Positions 42,550 to 54,317 of a stretch of 64,000 nucleotides of DNA are shown here, one piece after another; position 1 is the first letter of the stretch; each line of letters begins with the position of its first letter. The DNA lies in the NCBI GenBank assembly GCA_947478395.1, contig CANJVR010000002.1:736001-800000 (forward strand), read 5' to 3'. This stretch comes from Opitutia bacterium (GTDB lineage Bacteria > Verrucomicrobiota > Verrucomicrobiia > Opitutales > Opitutaceae). The position numbers and the translations under genes were made by a program. The notes beneath the pieces were generated by a model that was given only the letters and a program-made list of their open reading frames with translations, made no database searches and was not told where the DNA came from.

Positions 42550-42667
42550 TTTTCCGTGGCCGTTTCGCGAAGGCGGCAGGCGTCTCTGCCTGCCGCCCTT
42601 CGGCGTTCTCGATTCGGCAGGCAGGGACGCCTGCCGCTACATCATTAACGGCTGCGCTTTGGGTTAA
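42550..42667 (+). repeat. Composite REP/MITE-like element, copy D
   Basis: TTTTCCGTGGCCGTTT..GCGGCAGGCGTCTCTGCCTGCC..GGCAGGCAGGGACGCCTGCCGCTAC..CGGCTGCGCTTTGGGTTAA. Confidence 0.88.
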
Positions 42668-42700
42668 GCTGCGCGAGGCGTCGGGACCCGCACCGATTCG

Positions 42701-44059
42701 CTACAGATTCTCCAGCCGCTTGCCCGTGTCGCCAAAGCGATCGAGGCTGATACCCATCCGATCCATAAGCGAGAGGTGCAGGCTGCATATCCGGCGGTTG
42801 TCGTCGCCGGCATTGAGGTAGTCCAGCACTCGACCCGTTTTGAGCGAGCCGCCGCCTTTGCCCGCAAGGATAACGGGAAGCCGATTCGCGCTGTGGGTGT
42901 CCCCATCGTACAGGCTGGAGGCGCAGAGAAGGATGGAATTATCGAGCATCGAGGTCTCGCCCTCCTTGATGTCCTTCATGCGTTGAACGAGGTAGGCAAA
43001 CTGCGCGAGGTGATACTGATTCGTTTTGAGGTGCATCGCTTCCAGCGCGGCGACGTGCTTGTGGTGCGTGATATCCAAGTGCAGCGCGCCACGCACGCCC
43101 TCGACGAACTTAAAGTTCATCTGCGAAAGGTCGTTGTTCAACATCAGCGTGGCGATGCGCGTCTTGTCCATTTGGAACGCGAGCACCGTCAGATCCAGCA
43201 TGAGCTTCATGTGATCCGGAATGTCCTGCGGGAGTTCGTTGGCCGGACGGGGCATATTAGGTTTTTCCAACGTCGGGCGCCAACCTTCAAGCCGCTCCTC
43301 TTTCGCCGCGTGCTCGATGCGCTTCTCGATGTCGCGGATCGAGTCCAGATATTCGGCGAGTTTGGCCTTGTCGTCGCGGCTGACTTTAGCGCGCAGGCTC
43401 TGCGAATCCTGCCGCACTTCGTCGAGAATGCTGCGGTCGAGCTTGCGACCCGTGCCGTCGCCCACGAGTCGATCAAAGGCGCGGGACGGATAGATCTCTT
43501 TCGTTGCCGGCTGCGACGGCGAAGCCCAAGAGAGGCTGGAACCGTAAATCATGGAAAGGCCGTCTTCCAAGCGCAGCTCGTTGGGCTCGATGCCGAGCAC
43601 GAGGCTGGGAATCGCGGTGCGGCCACCGATGCGGGAAGCGACGACTTGGTCCATCGTGGTTCCAACGCGAATCACGTTCGGGTCGAGACTAACGGGTTCG
43701 CCCGAGAGCAAGTTCATGCGGCCAAGATGCGGGCTCGTCGACGCCAGCGCGGTTTGATTGTAGAGTCCTTGGATAAAAACCATGTCCTCGCGATGCGGCA
43801 GCATGGGGGCGACGCCGGGGCCGAGTTCCATGCCAGCGCCGGAGCCCTTGGCCCACCAGTGGTCCATCTCGACGCCGTTCGAAAAATAAACGACCCCCAT
43901 CCGCAGCGGTGGCTTGCTCGAAATCTTAGGCGCGCCTGCGGTTTGACCGAGCAAAGGCAGCGACTCCATCCAAGGGAGCGCCAGCGCAACGCCGACTCCG
44001 CGCAAAAAATGGCGACGCGAAATCTGATAATAATCGGACGGCAGTGTGTGGCGGCTCAT
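42701..44059 (-). CDS. DUF1552 (HXXSHH) family protein, Tat-exported (pair 1)
   Basis: SRRHFLRG Tat motif, [45 protein letters not shown] and LP..LAG.GGG. Confidence 0.88.
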   Translation of the reverse strand: MSRHTLPSDYYQISRRHFLRGVGVALALPWMESLPLLGQTAGAPKISSKPPLRMGVVYFSNGVEMDHWWAKGSGAGMELGPGVAPMLPHREDMVFIQGLYNQTALASTSPHLGRMNLLSGEPVSLDPNVIRVGTTMDQVVASRIGGRTAIPSLVLGIEPNELRLEDGLSMIYGSSLSWASPSQPATKEIYPSRAFDRLVGDGTGRKLDRSILDEVRQDSQSLRAKVSRDDKAKLAEYLDSIRDIEKRIEHAAKEERLEGWRPTLEKPNMPRPANELPQDIPDHMKLMLDLTVLAFQMDKTRIATLMLNNDLSQMNFKFVEGVRGALHLDITHHKHVAALEAMHLKTNQYHLAQFAYLVQRMKDIKEGETSMLDNSILLCASSLYDGDTHSANRLPVILAGKGGGSLKTGRVLDYLNAGDDNRRICSLHLSLMDRMGISLDRFGDTGKRLENL

Positions 44060-44072
44060 GGGGACCTTGGGG

Positions 44073-47000
44073 TTAGGGAGACAATTGGGTGAGATCTACG
44101 AGTCTGTCAGCATCGAGACCTTGGTGATTCCTAAATTGGCGGCTCGTGATGATTTTCACGGCGAGGTCAGAAAACGTGGCGTTGCCCCCGGCCGCGGCCA
44201 TCTCGTCGAGCAGCGGCCGATCGGAGGCCTGCACCGTGCGACCCAGCGCGTAGCCGAGCATTTTTCGGGCGAGCATTCTCGTCACCTGCTTGTCCTGACT
44301 CTGTAAGAACGTCAAAAGGCCGGCGGTGCCCGAGATCATGGTTTTGTCGGCGAACTCACCGGTCACGTCGACCGGTTTACCGTCGAAATATTTATCCCGC
44401 GTCCGGCCGACCGGGTCGAAACCCTCGAGCGGAAACCCGAGTGGATCGATTTTCAAATGGCACGCGGCGCACGAGGCGTTGCGTTTATGCGCGGCGAGCT
44501 GCTCGCGCAGCGTCTGGCCGTTGAACGCATTGTCATCGCGCGGGATCGTGCCGGCATCGGCCGGCGGCGGCGGGGTCGGCGTGCCGAGGATGCGCCGCAG
44601 AATCCAGTCGCCGCGCTTCACGGGGCTGGTGCGCAACGGGGCCGACGTCGTCGTTAACATGACTCCCATCCGCAGCACGCCGCCGCGGTTGAAGGCGTTG
44701 GCCCCCTCGACTAACTCGACCGCATCCTTCGACTTCATTTCCTTGTTGATGCCGTAAAACTTCGCGAGCGGTTGATTGAGAAACGTGTAGTCAGCATAAA
44801 GTATCTCGCGCGTCGGACGCTCATTCCGCACGAGATACTCAAAGGTTGAAACGGCCTCGTCATACATCGCGGCACGGACTTCGTCGGTGAATTCCGGGAA
44901 GCGGGCGGTCTCGACTCCGCGATATTCATCAAAGCGATAAAACCCCAGCCACTGCCCGAAAAACTCCGTCGCGAGGCGACGGGCTTTAGGGTCGGCAACC
45001 ATGCGCTTCACCTGCCTGGCAAGCAGCGCCGGTTTGCTCAACTCACCGGACGCGGCCGCGCGGCGGAGTTCGTCGTCCGGGACCGACGCCCACAGGAAGA
45101 AGCTCATACGGCTCGCCATTTCCCAGTCGTTGAGCGGGCGCTCCGACGCGCTGGCGACTGTCTCCACGCGATAAAGGAAAGCGGGGGAAACCAAGACGCG
45201 GGCGAGAACAGCGCGAATGGCGTCGTCGTGGCCGAGACCGCTGACCGTGCGGGAGTTTTGATAAAAATCCCTAAGGCGGGTTTTCTCCGTGGAAGTGAGC
45301 GGCCGGCGCCACGCGCGGCTCGCAAACGCGATCACGTCGTCCATGTGGCCAGGCTCCGCCAGATGCTCCGCCTTCACCACTTCGGCATAACCCGCCTGAA
45401 TCGGCGCGAGGTATTGCTGCATTTCAGCGGGCAGAATCGCCAACTGCGCAACGTCGAGATCACGGATATGCGCGCTCTTTAATTTTACCCCATAGTGGTT
45501 CGCGAGCACGCCCAAATAGCCGTCATGATATGCCCACGAGCTGAGCAAATCGTTCCACGCTTGGTCGAGTCGCGCGCGATCGGCATCGTTCACCAAATAG
45601 TCGGCGAAGTACTTGTCGTTTCGCTGGTACTTCACCTTCAGCACGAACGCATCATGCTCAGGCGTGTTGTAGGTGCTGTCGAACGGCAGTGGGATCGGGT
45701 CTTTGTCGGAGGGATTCGCTTCGCCGTGTGAATTCGGCGGCATGAGCGCCAAATATTCGGCGATGCCCGCGCGGAAATTTTTGTACCCTGCACTTTTGGC
45801 GTCGCCGATCAACGTAGGCCGCGCGGCGTCGCCCAATCGCGGTGGCTGACCGTCGGGGCGATCCGCGATCACGAAACGCACCACGCCATTCCGATCGGCG
45901 CCGAGTTCGGCATCCACGACGAATTCCGCCGTCGTGCCCGGCGCTGGTGGTTTAACGTCAAACGTCGTCGATCCCGTCACCGCAAAATCATCCGCGCCCA
46001 CCACGGAGCCATCAGGGACTTTGCCGAACTGCAGGGCGGTGACGACGTCGTCCGACAACAGCGCGCGTAAGGGCTGCGTGGAAAGAATCGGCCCCGTGGG
46101 CCCGACCCGCCGTCCGCCGACCGCAACTGCATTGGCTCCGGCCGCCCCTCGGGCGCCGAAACCGCCTGCTACGGCCGCGCGCGTAACGATGCGTGGGTTC
46201 CGCAGGATGATCACGGGAGCAACCCGCGGACTGGGATTAAGGTTCGTGAAGACAAGAGAAACTTTGACAGGCGCATCGGACGCGACGTCGGAACCGCCGG
46301 CGGCGCCCGGTCCTCGCCCCGCGCGACCGCCGCGGGCGCCCGCACCACCAATCGCATAACTGTACGTGTGCGTCGCTTCGACCGACAACGAGCTATCATC
46401 AAAGCGCAGCGGACTTTCGTCGCCCTGGCCGCCGGCGGCCAACGGGCCGCGATTGAAAAACCAAACCGGCCAGGCGGTGAGATAATTTTTCATCTCTTCG
46501 CTCCCTGCCCGACCCAACGCAATCGACGCTTTGATATCTGACGTGGGCTTCGCTAGCGCCTTCCAACGATCGACGATCTGCTGGCTCGGATAACCAAGAT
46601 CAGAACGGTTAACGGCGGACCAAATGAGCTCCGCGAACTTTAGCGTCAGCCCTTCCTTCACCGCGAGCTCGCGCAATGTGATCTTCGGATCGCTCAGCGC
46701 TACGCGGTGCTTGAAATACCAAGCGACAAAAAACGCCTTGGTGTACCGCTCGAGACCAAACATCCCTCCGCCTTCGCCCGAGACCAGCCGGAGTCCGTGC
46801 TTCGCGTAGAGCTCATTGATCCGGGTCAGGGCAAACAATTCTTCGCCGGTCAGGCCAGTGTACGGAGAAAATTGCAGCGGACCCGCGCCGATCACCGCAT
46901 GCTCGACCACGTGCTTCGCCGCCTCGAGGTACCTTTCGACACTCGCGTCCTGCATAAACTGCACGTCCCCGAAATTCGTGAAGCCTTCTCCCCCCACCGA

Positions 47001-47462
47001 ATCACTTGACGCTTCGATCCCGGTTTCGATCGCGACGCCGGTAAGATCGCGAATGGCATACGCATATTCGCCGCTGGTGAGTCGGCGCATCGTCACGCGA
47101 CCAGGCTCGCCGGCGTGGTCGGCCAAGTAGGATTTTTGGGCCGACCGCACCGCTTTTACGGCGACATTACGCTCCGCATCTGTCGGCAGACGCTCCGCAT
47201 CGTCCGGCGGCATATCGTGGCTTTCCAGCGCCTCGATCACTTTATCCCAAGCATCCGAGTCGAGACCGACCGAAGGTTGAGCCACCAGTTTCTCCAAACT
47301 TAGTCCCCCCTTGGCTTTCGCCCCACCGTGGCACTCGAAGCAGTATTTCTGAAACACCGCCGCCGCCTTCGGGTCGACCGCCGGGTGTTTGGCCGACGAT
47401 GCCGCGGACGCGGGCGAACCGAGCGTCATAAAAACGGCAAATAAAAACAAAAATAGCTTCAT
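44073..47462 (-). CDS. DUF1592/1588/1587/1595/1585 (PSD/PSCyt) c-type heme protein (pair 1)
   Basis: Signal peptide at MKLFLFLF (47462); CFECH, RRLT..EY...[56 protein letters not shown]. Confidence 0.88.
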   Translation of the reverse strand: MKLFLFLFAVFMTLGSPASAASSAKHPAVDPKAAAVFQKYCFECHGGAKAKGGLSLEKLVAQPSVGLDSDAWDKVIEALESHDMPPDDAERLPTDAERNVAVKAVRSAQKSYLADHAGEPGRVTMRRLTSGEYAYAIRDLTGVAIETGIEASSDSVGGEGFTNFGDVQFMQDASVERYLEAAKHVVEHAVIGAGPLQFSPYTGLTGEELFALTRINELYAKHGLRLVSGEGGGMFGLERYTKAFFVAWYFKHRVALSDPKITLRELAVKEGLTLKFAELIWSAVNRSDLGYPSQQIVDRWKALAKPTSDIKASIALGRAGSEEMKNYLTAWPVWFFNRGPLAAGGQGDESPLRFDDSSLSVEATHTYSYAIGGAGARGGRAGRGPGAAGGSDVASDAPVKVSLVFTNLNPSPRVAPVIILRNPRIVTRAAVAGGFGARGAAGANAVAVGGRRVGPTGPILSTQPLRALLSDDVVTALQFGKVPDGSVVGADDFAVTGSTTFDVKPPAPGTTAEFVVDAELGADRNGVVRFVIADRPDGQPPRLGDAARPTLIGDAKSAGYKNFRAGIAEYLALMPPNSHGEANPSDKDPIPLPFDSTYNTPEHDAFVLKVKYQRNDKYFADYLVNDADRARLDQAWNDLLSSWAYHDGYLGVLANHYGVKLKSAHIRDLDVAQLAILPAEMQQYLAPIQAGYAEVVKAEHLAEPGHMDDVIAFASRAWRRPLTSTEKTRLRDFYQNSRTVSGLGHDDAIRAVLARVLVSPAFLYRVETVASASERPLNDWEMASRMSFFLWASVPDDELRRAAASGELSKPALLARQVKRMVADPKARRLATEFFGQWLGFYRFDEYRGVETARFPEFTDEVRAAMYDEAVSTFEYLVRNERPTREILYADYTFLNQPLAKFYGINKEMKSKDAVELVEGANAFNRGGVLRMGVMLTTTSAPLRTSPVKRGDWILRRILGTPTPPPPADAGTIPRDDNAFNGQTLREQLAAHKRNASCAACHLKIDPLGFPLEGFDPVGRTRDKYFDGKPVDVTGEFADKTMISGTAGLLTFLQSQDKQVTRMLARKMLGYALGRTVQASDRPLLDEMAAAGGNATFSDLAVKIITSRQFRNHQGLDADRLVDLTQLSP

Positions 47463-47681
47463 GAAATTCCGAACAGGAAAGGGGGTAACTAGGGGCGTCC
47501 GTATGACGATCCAATTACTGGATCGTTGCGGATATCGCGCAATGAACTTTTTCGCTTCGCCAAGCGGAATCGAGCCGGAAAAACATCCGCCCCGTCGCGT
47601 CATGGCCATCTCAGGGTCCACGCCAAAGCAGGCATGTCCGACTGCTGGCTGACACAACATGACGCCGAGCACCGAGTCCAT

Positions 47682-49277
47682 TCAGGCGAGCGGCGCTCGG
47701 GTTGGTTTGCCATCAACCAAGCGGAGCAGTCCGAGCGGGTTTGCGTCCTTGAGCGGAACGGGGAGCAATTCGTCGCCTAGGCCTTGATAGCAGATGGGAC
47801 GCGCAAAACGCAGCATCGCAGCGGTGCCAACCGCGGTGTAACGCACGTCGGTCGTCGCGGGATAGGGACCGCCGTGATTCATCGCGTGGCCAACTTCCAG
47901 GCCAGTCGGAAATCCATTCAGGATCACGCGGCCGACTTTTTGTTCGAGCGCAGCGAGCAGTGGTCGGGCATCGGCGAAATCCTCGGCAGCAGTCTGTAGT
48001 GTCGCCGTCAGTTGGCCTTCGAGTGCGGCGGCACACGCGCCGAACTCCTCGATCCGATCCGCAAGGACGACGAGCGTGAACGGTCCAAAGGCCTCGGTTG
48101 CCAGCGCGGGTTGAACAAGGAAATTTTTCGCTGAAGTCGTTGCCACACTCGGCTGGCCTTCGGTTTTCGCCGGGTCGGGCGCGCTGGCTCCGGCGGCGAG
48201 CGGTTGCACCCCTAGCGCCGACGTGATCTTCCCGCGGTTTTCCACGAACGCATCGCGGATACCGCTCGTCAGCATCGTGCCATTGGGTGCAACGCGCACC
48301 ATTTCGGCCAGTTGCGCCAAAAACGCATCGGTCTCGGGGCCACTCAGCGCAAATATCAGCCCGGGCTTGGTGCAAAATTGGCCGACCCCGAGCGTGAAGG
48401 ATCCAAGCAGCCCGCGTGCGATCGCGAGCCCGCGTTCGCGCATTGCCCCGGGCAGCAGGAAAACGGGATTCAGACTGCTCATTTCCGCAAAGACCGGGAT
48501 GGGATGGGGACGAGAGTTAGCGGCGTCGAAGAGCGCGCGGCCGGCGAAGTGCGAACCGGTGAAACCAACGGCGGCCGTCGCCGGGTGTTTCACCATCGTG
48601 ATTCCCACCGTTGCCCCATCGCCATGAATCAGCGAGAACACGCCCGGCGGGAGACCGCATGCCGTCGCCGCGCGCGCGATAGCACCGCCCACGAGTTCGG
48701 CGGTACCGGGATGCGCGCGATGCGCTTTCACGATGACCGTGCAACCCACCGCCAGCGCCGAGGCCGTATCCCCACCCGCCGCGGAGTACGCTAAAGGAAA
48801 ATTACTCGAGCCGAAAACCACCACGGGCCCGATCGGGATCAGCATTCGTCGCAGATCGACTCGCGGCAGCGGTTGCCGGTCCGGCAGCGCGGGGTCGATG
48901 CGCGCGTCGACCCAAGAGCCCTCCCGCACGACTTGCGCGAAAAGCCTGAGCTGTCCGCAAGTGCGGCCGCGCTCACCCATCAGGCGGGCGAGCGGAAGTC
49001 CCGTTTCGGCGTTGGCGCGTTGCAGCAGCGCGTCGCCGATCGACTCGATCTCAATCGCGATCGTTTCGAGAAATTTCGCGCGTTCGGCGCCGGAACAGCC
49101 GCGGTAAATCGCGAACGCGGCGGCCGAAGCATCAAGCGCGCTTGCCACTTCGGCATCGGACGCTTCGTGGAAAATCGGCTCGAGCGGGGCGTTCCGGGCG
49201 GGGTCAATCGCGCGAAAGGTTTTGCCGCCCGTGGCACCCGTGCCGCCACCAAGGAGGCTTTTACCGTGGAGGAACAT
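47682..49277 (-). CDS. NADP-dependent aldehyde dehydrogenase, alpha-ketoglutaric semialdehyde dehydrogenase-like
   Basis: GERGRTCGQL, GPVVVFGSSNFPLAYS.AGGDTASAL, KAH.AHPGT, GFTGS, EMSSLNP, GQFCTKPG and HGGPYPAT motifs typical of the KGSADH clade. Confidence 0.88.
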   Translation of the reverse strand: MFLHGKSLLGGGTGATGGKTFRAIDPARNAPLEPIFHEASDAEVASALDASAAAFAIYRGCSGAERAKFLETIAIEIESIGDALLQRANAETGLPLARLMGERGRTCGQLRLFAQVVREGSWVDARIDPALPDRQPLPRVDLRRMLIPIGPVVVFGSSNFPLAYSAAGGDTASALAVGCTVIVKAHRAHPGTAELVGGAIARAATACGLPPGVFSLIHGDGATVGITMVKHPATAAVGFTGSHFAGRALFDAANSRPHPIPVFAEMSSLNPVFLLPGAMRERGLAIARGLLGSFTLGVGQFCTKPGLIFALSGPETDAFLAQLAEMVRVAPNGTMLTSGIRDAFVENRGKITSALGVQPLAAGASAPDPAKTEGQPSVATTSAKNFLVQPALATEAFGPFTLVVLADRIEEFGACAAALEGQLTATLQTAAEDFADARPLLAALEQKVGRVILNGFPTGLEVGHAMNHGGPYPATTDVRYTAVGTAAMLRFARPICYQGLGDELLPVPLKDANPLGLLRLVDGKPTRAPLA

Positions 49278-49280
49278 AAC

Positions 49281-50117
49281 TTAATCGACCGTGTTCACGA
49301 GCGTGCCAACCGGTTCCAGCGTGATCCGAATCTCATCGCCGGCGTGCAGCGTAAACGTATCCGGCGGCACCACGCCCACCCCGGTCATCAGGTAACAACC
49401 GTGGGGGAAACTGTTTTCCCGAAAAAGCCAATCCGCGAGCGAGGGCAGAGGCCGCTTGATTTGCCCGACCGTCGTTTCACCCTTAAATACAGCGGCGCCG
49501 GCGCGGTAAATCTCGATCGCGATAACCGTGGCCGGGGCCGGCAGCGCGTCGGTCACAACCAGGCGCGGGCCAATCGCAGCGGCCCGGTGATACGATTTCG
49601 CCTGCGGCAAGTAGAGAGGATTTTCGCCCTCGATATCGCGCGAACTCATATCGTTGCCGATCGTGTAGCCGAAGATTCTTCCCGCCGAGTTGATCGCGAG
49701 CGTCAGCTCCGGCTCCGGCACATTCCATTTAGAATCCGCCCGGATGCGAACCGCTCCGCCTGGCGCCACCACGCGGTGCGGCGTCGCCTTAAAAAATAAC
49801 TCGGGCCGGTCGGCCTCGTAGACCTTGTCGTAAAACGTACCGCCGCCCGCGTCCTTCGACTCGGCCATGCGCGCGGCCTTGCTCCGAAGATAGGTCACAC
49901 CAGCGGCCCATATTTCCTGGGACTGCAGCGGAGCGCGAAGATTCGATCCGGCGGACGGATCCGAAACCGGGGTGCCGCGATCGAATGCCGCGCTGGCAAA
50001 CAGGATGGGGTTATCGGACGTAAAAAGCGCATCGAATGAAAACGTCGGCGAGGCGAGAACGCTCAGCGCGCCTTTTTCAATCAGGAGACCGGAAGGGATG
50101 GCAGTGATTCGAAACAT
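49281..50117 (-). CDS. Fumarylacetoacetate hydrolase family protein, 2-keto-3-deoxy-pentonate dehydratase-like
   Basis: QEIWAAGVTY.RS..AR, YDKVY.A.RPELFFK, W.VPEPEL, GNDMSSRDIEGENPLYLPQAK; 3 nt upstream of the KGSADH-like gene. Confidence 0.85.
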   Translation of the reverse strand: MFRITAIPSGLLIEKGALSVLASPTFSFDALFTSDNPILFASAAFDRGTPVSDPSAGSNLRAPLQSQEIWAAGVTYLRSKAARMAESKDAGGGTFYDKVYEADRPELFFKATPHRVVAPGGAVRIRADSKWNVPEPELTLAINSAGRIFGYTIGNDMSSRDIEGENPLYLPQAKSYHRAAAIGPRLVVTDALPAPATVIAIEIYRAGAAVFKGETTVGQIKRPLPSLADWLFRENSFPHGCYLMTGVGVVPPDTFTLHAGDEIRITLEPVGTLVNTVD

Positions 50118-50576
50118 AGAGGGTTAAACGGGCGGCTGCAGCGGGCGCGCGGACCAGGGACGGAAAAACAAAGACACGCGGCAGGTTCTGTCCGACACGC
50201 TCCACGCATGTGAAATAAACTTAAGCCATACCATGTCCTATGGCCGCAGTAATAGCTTCGAAATGCCTTACCGGCGACTGCGCGCGCTCCCCATTTCGAC
50301 GAATCCTCGCGCCTAAATTTTCGTCGAATCGCTCGAAAAAATATTACTAAAGAAATACCGCGCACTAGCACCAATGTTCGTTTGATCGGCGGCGGGCGGC
50401 GGCGCCTCTTTCAACCCGTCGGTTCCGCGCCCTCACGTGCGGCGAGTTCTCGAGCCTATTCCCCCACTCATCGCCCCCTGCTCAAGAATTGCCGATCACC
50501 CCGCCCGGCGCATGAGCGATCCAACGCCCACCTTTCGCGGTTGCCCCGTGCCGCGAAACCGTCCCCCTCTTAACCG

Positions 50577-51455
50577 ATGAAACCGTCTTTCAAAATTCTC
50601 GCGCTGGCGGGACTGATGATGCTGACGGTGAACGCGTCGGCGCAGGACAAAAATTTCTACGTTTTCCTGTGCCTGGGTCAGTCAAACATGGAGGGCTTCC
50701 CGGGAATTCAACCGCAAGACGCCGGGCCCGTGGACGATCGATTCCAACTTCTGGCGGCCGTGGATTTTCCCAAGCTCGCTCGAACCAAGGGTAACTGGTA
50801 TCCCGCCGTCCCGCCGCTCTGCCGCCCCTCAACCGGCCTCTGCCCTGCGGATTATTTCGGCCGAACGCTGGTCGCGCATCTGCCCGCGACGATCAAGGTC
50901 GGGGTGGTGAACGTCTCCGTGGCCGGCGCAAAAATCGAAATCTTCGATCCCAACTCGTATCAGAGTTATCTCTCCTCGCTCCGACCAAACGATTTCAAGA
51001 TTAACATCGCCACCGCTTACGGCGGCAGTCCCTACCAGCATCTCGTCGATATGGGAAAATTGGCTCAAAAGGCAGGAGTCATCAAAGGCATCTTGCTGCA
51101 TCAGGGCGAGTCGAACACCGGCGACAAGGAATGGCCGAACAAGGTGAAGGCCATTTACGAAAACCTCCTCCGCGATCTGAACCTTAAGGCCGAAGATGTC
51201 CCGCTGCTCGCCGGTGAATTGGTGGCCGCGGATCAAAATGGAGCGTGCGCGAGCATGAACCCGATCATTCGCGACCTCCCGAAGACCGTCCCGACCGCCC
51301 ACGTCGTTTCCGCAGAGGGCTGCATCGCGCGGCCTGATCATCTGCATTTCACCGCCGAAGGCTACCGCAAGCTAGGCCAGCGCTTCGGCGAAACCATGCT
51401 TTCGTTGCTCGGCTACAAATTGACGCAGACCAGTGCGGCAAATTCCACCCCTTAA
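50577..51455 (+). CDS. Secreted acetylxylan esterase-like protein (CE6/SASA family)
   Basis: LGQSNMEG, DYFGRT, ILLHQGESN and DHLHF motifs. Confidence 0.88.
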   Translation: MKPSFKILALAGLMMLTVNASAQDKNFYVFLCLGQSNMEGFPGIQPQDAGPVDDRFQLLAAVDFPKLARTKGNWYPAVPPLCRPSTGLCPADYFGRTLVAHLPATIKVGVVNVSVAGAKIEIFDPNSYQSYLSSLRPNDFKINIATAYGGSPYQHLVDMGKLAQKAGVIKGILLHQGESNTGDKEWPNKVKAIYENLLRDLNLKAEDVPLLAGELVAADQNGACASMNPIIRDLPKTVPTAHVVSAEGCIARPDHLHFTAEGYRKLGQRFGETMLSLLGYKLTQTSAANSTP

Positions 51456-51499
51456 CTGTACTCCACCGGCCGACTGGCCGCCCTCAACTCCCTTCTACC

Positions 51500-54295
51500 A
51501 TGCGCACCCCATCGCCTGCGCTTTTTTTCTGTCGGTCGCTCGTCCTCATGACGGCCGCCTCCGCATTGACCGGCACCACCGTGCTGCAAGCAGCACCACC
51601 CCCGCCGGCGGCGGTGGCGTTCATCGAGAAGTATTGTGCGGACTGCCACAACGACGTGGACAAGGAAGCACGGCTCGACCTCACGAGTCTGGCCTACCAA
51701 CCCAACGACGGAGCTAATTTCGCATTGTGGGTCAAAGTGCATGATCGCGTGAAAGCCGGCGAAATGCCGCCGAAGAAGAAGCCGCGGCCGGAGGCGAAGG
51801 ACCTCGAGGAGTTCGCGCGGACAATGGGAGCGACGCTGGCCGCTTCCGAGCAGGCGTTGATCGCGAGCGAGGGTCGCGCGACCCAGCGCCGGCTCAACCG
51901 CTACGAGTTCGAGAACGCGCTGCGCGATCTGCTGAACGTGCCGTGGGCGCAGGTAAAGGACAAGCTGCCGCTCGAGGCCGAGCGCTTCGGTTTCAACAAA
52001 AGTGCCGAGGCACTCGACGTGTCGTTCGTGCAGATGGAGCGCTATCTGACCGCGTCAGACTATGCGATGCGGCAGGCGATGGCGGCTGCGTTTGAGCGGC
52101 CGGCGTCGACGATGCGCAAGATCTACGCCCGCGATCAGACCGGAGGCGCCTACCTTCCGCGCGAGAACGATACGCTGCCCGACCGGAAGGCGTTTCCCGT
52201 CCTCGATTCCCACGCGCAGCCCGACGTGCGGTTCGGCCGCGTGCCCAACTCCAGCCCAGAAACGCGCGAGCGCGAGGCGGTCGGCAGGGTTTCCAGCATC
52301 TTCAGCGACGCGGGTGGTTACGCGTGGGGTTTTAGTGCGCCGACTGCGGGGCGCTATCGCATCCGGCTCAAGGGCTATAGCATCTGGGTGAGCGGCGGTG
52401 GCATCGGCCGCTGGATGTTTGGCGGACAAGGCGCGGAAAAAACGTCCACCTATTGGCTACCCATGTGGCACCGACCCAACGCCGACGAAATCTGGCCGGG
52501 CCGCAACAATGAGCCCATCGGTTTCTACGCGTCGAGTTCGGGCCAGACCCGCCCCATCGGCGTCATGGATTTCACGCCCGAGCCAACGGTCGGCGAAATC
52601 GAAGTCATGCTCGCCGGCGGCGAAAGCGTTCGCACCGACGCAATGCGTTTTTTCCGCACCCGCGTGAACGGCACCGACGAGCAATACGTCAACCCGTTGG
52701 CGACGACGGAAGGCATGCCCGGTTATGCGGTGCAATGGCTGGAGGTCGAGGGACCGCTCCCCGACGAATCGGCTACGGCAGGCTACAAACGTTTGTTCGG
52801 CGAACTCAGCATGCGGAGCCTTGAGTCCGGTCAGCCCGGGGGCGTTAAGCTCGAGGGCCTCGCGCTCGTTGGCGGTGCGGCTGGTGGTGGGCGTGGCGGA
52901 CCGGACGGCCTGGGCCGGGGCGCCCCACCCGCCGGCGCTGGCCGTGGCGGTCGCGGTGGTCGCGGTGGCGGTGGGGGTGGCGTAATCATGGTCGACGTCT
53001 TGTCCGAAAATCCGGCACAGGATGCCGACCGGTTGCTCCGAAACTTCATGCAGGTGGCCTATCGCCGGCCCGTGCGGGAAGCGGATGCGCAGCGCTTCTT
53101 CAATCTGTTCCAGCGCGAATTCGATCTCGGTTCCGGGTTCGCACGCTCGATGCTCACGGCCTACACCGCCGTGCTCTCGTCCCCGGGCTTCGTGTTCCTC
53201 GACGAGAAGCCAGGCCAGCTCGACGACATCGCCCTCGCGACCCGCCTCTCACTGTTCCTTTGGAACTCAACGCCCGATGCCGAGCTCCGGGCGAAGGCCG
53301 CGAAGGGCGAGCTGCACCAGCCCGCGGTGTTGCGCGCGGAGACCGAGCGGCTGCTCAACGATCCGCGCGCCGCGCGCTTTGTCGAAGCCTTCACCGATTA
53401 CTGGCTCGACCTGCGTAAAATCGACGACACCTCGCCCTCGTCGAGCCTCTACAACGACTACGAAATGGACGACCCGCTCAAGCTCGCCGCGCTCGACGAG
53501 ACGCGGATGTTTTTCGCCGAACTCGTGCGCGGCGATCTGCCCGCGCGCCATGTCGTAAATTCCAATTTCACGTTTCTCAACGGCCGCCTCGCCACCCACT
53601 ACGGTCTTCCCGGCGTCTACGGCGCGGCGATGCGTCGCGTGGACCTTCCGCGCGGCAGCGACCGCGGGGGCCTGATGACGATGGCCAGCGTGTTGAAGGT
53701 GACAGCCAACGGCACCACGACCTCGCCAGTGTTGCGTGGTCACTGGATCACGGAGCGCATTCTTGGCATCGAGATCCAGCCGCCGCCGGCCGGCGTGAAA
53801 GCGGTGGAGCCTGACATCCGCGGCGCGGTAACCATCCGCCAGCAACTCGCCAAGCACCGCGAGGATCCGAGCTGCGCCTCCTGCCACATCAAAATGGATC
53901 CGCCCGGTTTCGCACTTGAGAGCTACGATGTGATGGGAGGCCGCCGCGAGCGCTACCGTGCGGTGGCGGAAACCGCGAAACCTGTGCGCGGCTCAGGCAT
54001 GAATGGGCAGGCGTTCGCCTTTCACTTTGGTCTGCCGGTGGACACGGCTGGCGAATTGCCCGATGGCCGCCCCTACCGCGACGTGAACGAATTCAAGTCG
54101 CTCGTGGTGGCCGACGAGCTGCCTGTCGCGCGCAACCTCGCCAAGCAGCTCGTGACGTTTGCGACCGGTGCACCCGTGCTCTTTTCCGACCGCCCCGAGC
54201 TCGAAAAAATTCTCCAGCGTTCCGCCGCCAATCACTACGGCGTTCGCACGCTCGTCCACGAGGTCGTGCAAAGCCGCCTCTTCCAAATCAAGTAG
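51500..54295 (+). CDS. DUF1592-family c-type heme protein (pair 2)
   Basis: Signal peptide; [62 protein letters not shown]. Confidence 0.9.
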   Translation: MRTPSPALFFCRSLVLMTAASALTGTTVLQAAPPPPAAVAFIEKYCADCHNDVDKEARLDLTSLAYQPNDGANFALWVKVHDRVKAGEMPPKKKPRPEAKDLEEFARTMGATLAASEQALIASEGRATQRRLNRYEFENALRDLLNVPWAQVKDKLPLEAERFGFNKSAEALDVSFVQMERYLTASDYAMRQAMAAAFERPASTMRKIYARDQTGGAYLPRENDTLPDRKAFPVLDSHAQPDVRFGRVPNSSPETREREAVGRVSSIFSDAGGYAWGFSAPTAGRYRIRLKGYSIWVSGGGIGRWMFGGQGAEKTSTYWLPMWHRPNADEIWPGRNNEPIGFYASSSGQTRPIGVMDFTPEPTVGEIEVMLAGGESVRTDAMRFFRTRVNGTDEQYVNPLATTEGMPGYAVQWLEVEGPLPDESATAGYKRLFGELSMRSLESGQPGGVKLEGLALVGGAAGGGRGGPDGLGRGAPPAGAGRGGRGGRGGGGGGVIMVDVLSENPAQDADRLLRNFMQVAYRRPVREADAQRFFNLFQREFDLGSGFARSMLTAYTAVLSSPGFVFLDEKPGQLDDIALATRLSLFLWNSTPDAELRAKAAKGELHQPAVLRAETERLLNDPRAARFVEAFTDYWLDLRKIDDTSPSSSLYNDYEMDDPLKLAALDETRMFFAELVRGDLPARHVVNSNFTFLNGRLATHYGLPGVYGAAMRRVDLPRGSDRGGLMTMASVLKVTANGTTTSPVLRGHWITERILGIEIQPPPAGVKAVEPDIRGAVTIRQQLAKHREDPSCASCHIKMDPPGFALESYDVMGGRRERYRAVAETAKPVRGSGMNGQAFAFHFGLPVDTAGELPDGRPYRDVNEFKSLVVADELPVARNLAKQLVTFATGAPVLFSDRPELEKILQRSAANHYGVRTLVHEVVQSRLFQIK

Positions 54296-54317
54296 TCGCC
54301 GCCCCCCATCCCCACCC

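Noticed and set aside
42776..44092. Long antisense ORFs (also 3127-4455, 10417-11706, 54288-56075, 58260-59804)
   Set aside because: They are shadow frames of well-supported genes in GC-rich DNA and carry no family motifs.
47463..47684. The DUF1592 frame is open right up to the aldehyde dehydrogenase stop (TGA-ATG, in frame), suggesting readthrough or a fusion
   Set aside because: A good signal peptide begins at 47462, the 73 intervening codons look non-coding, and fusing a cytoplasmic dehydrogenase to a Sec-exported heme protein is implausible. Open frames are common at this GC content.
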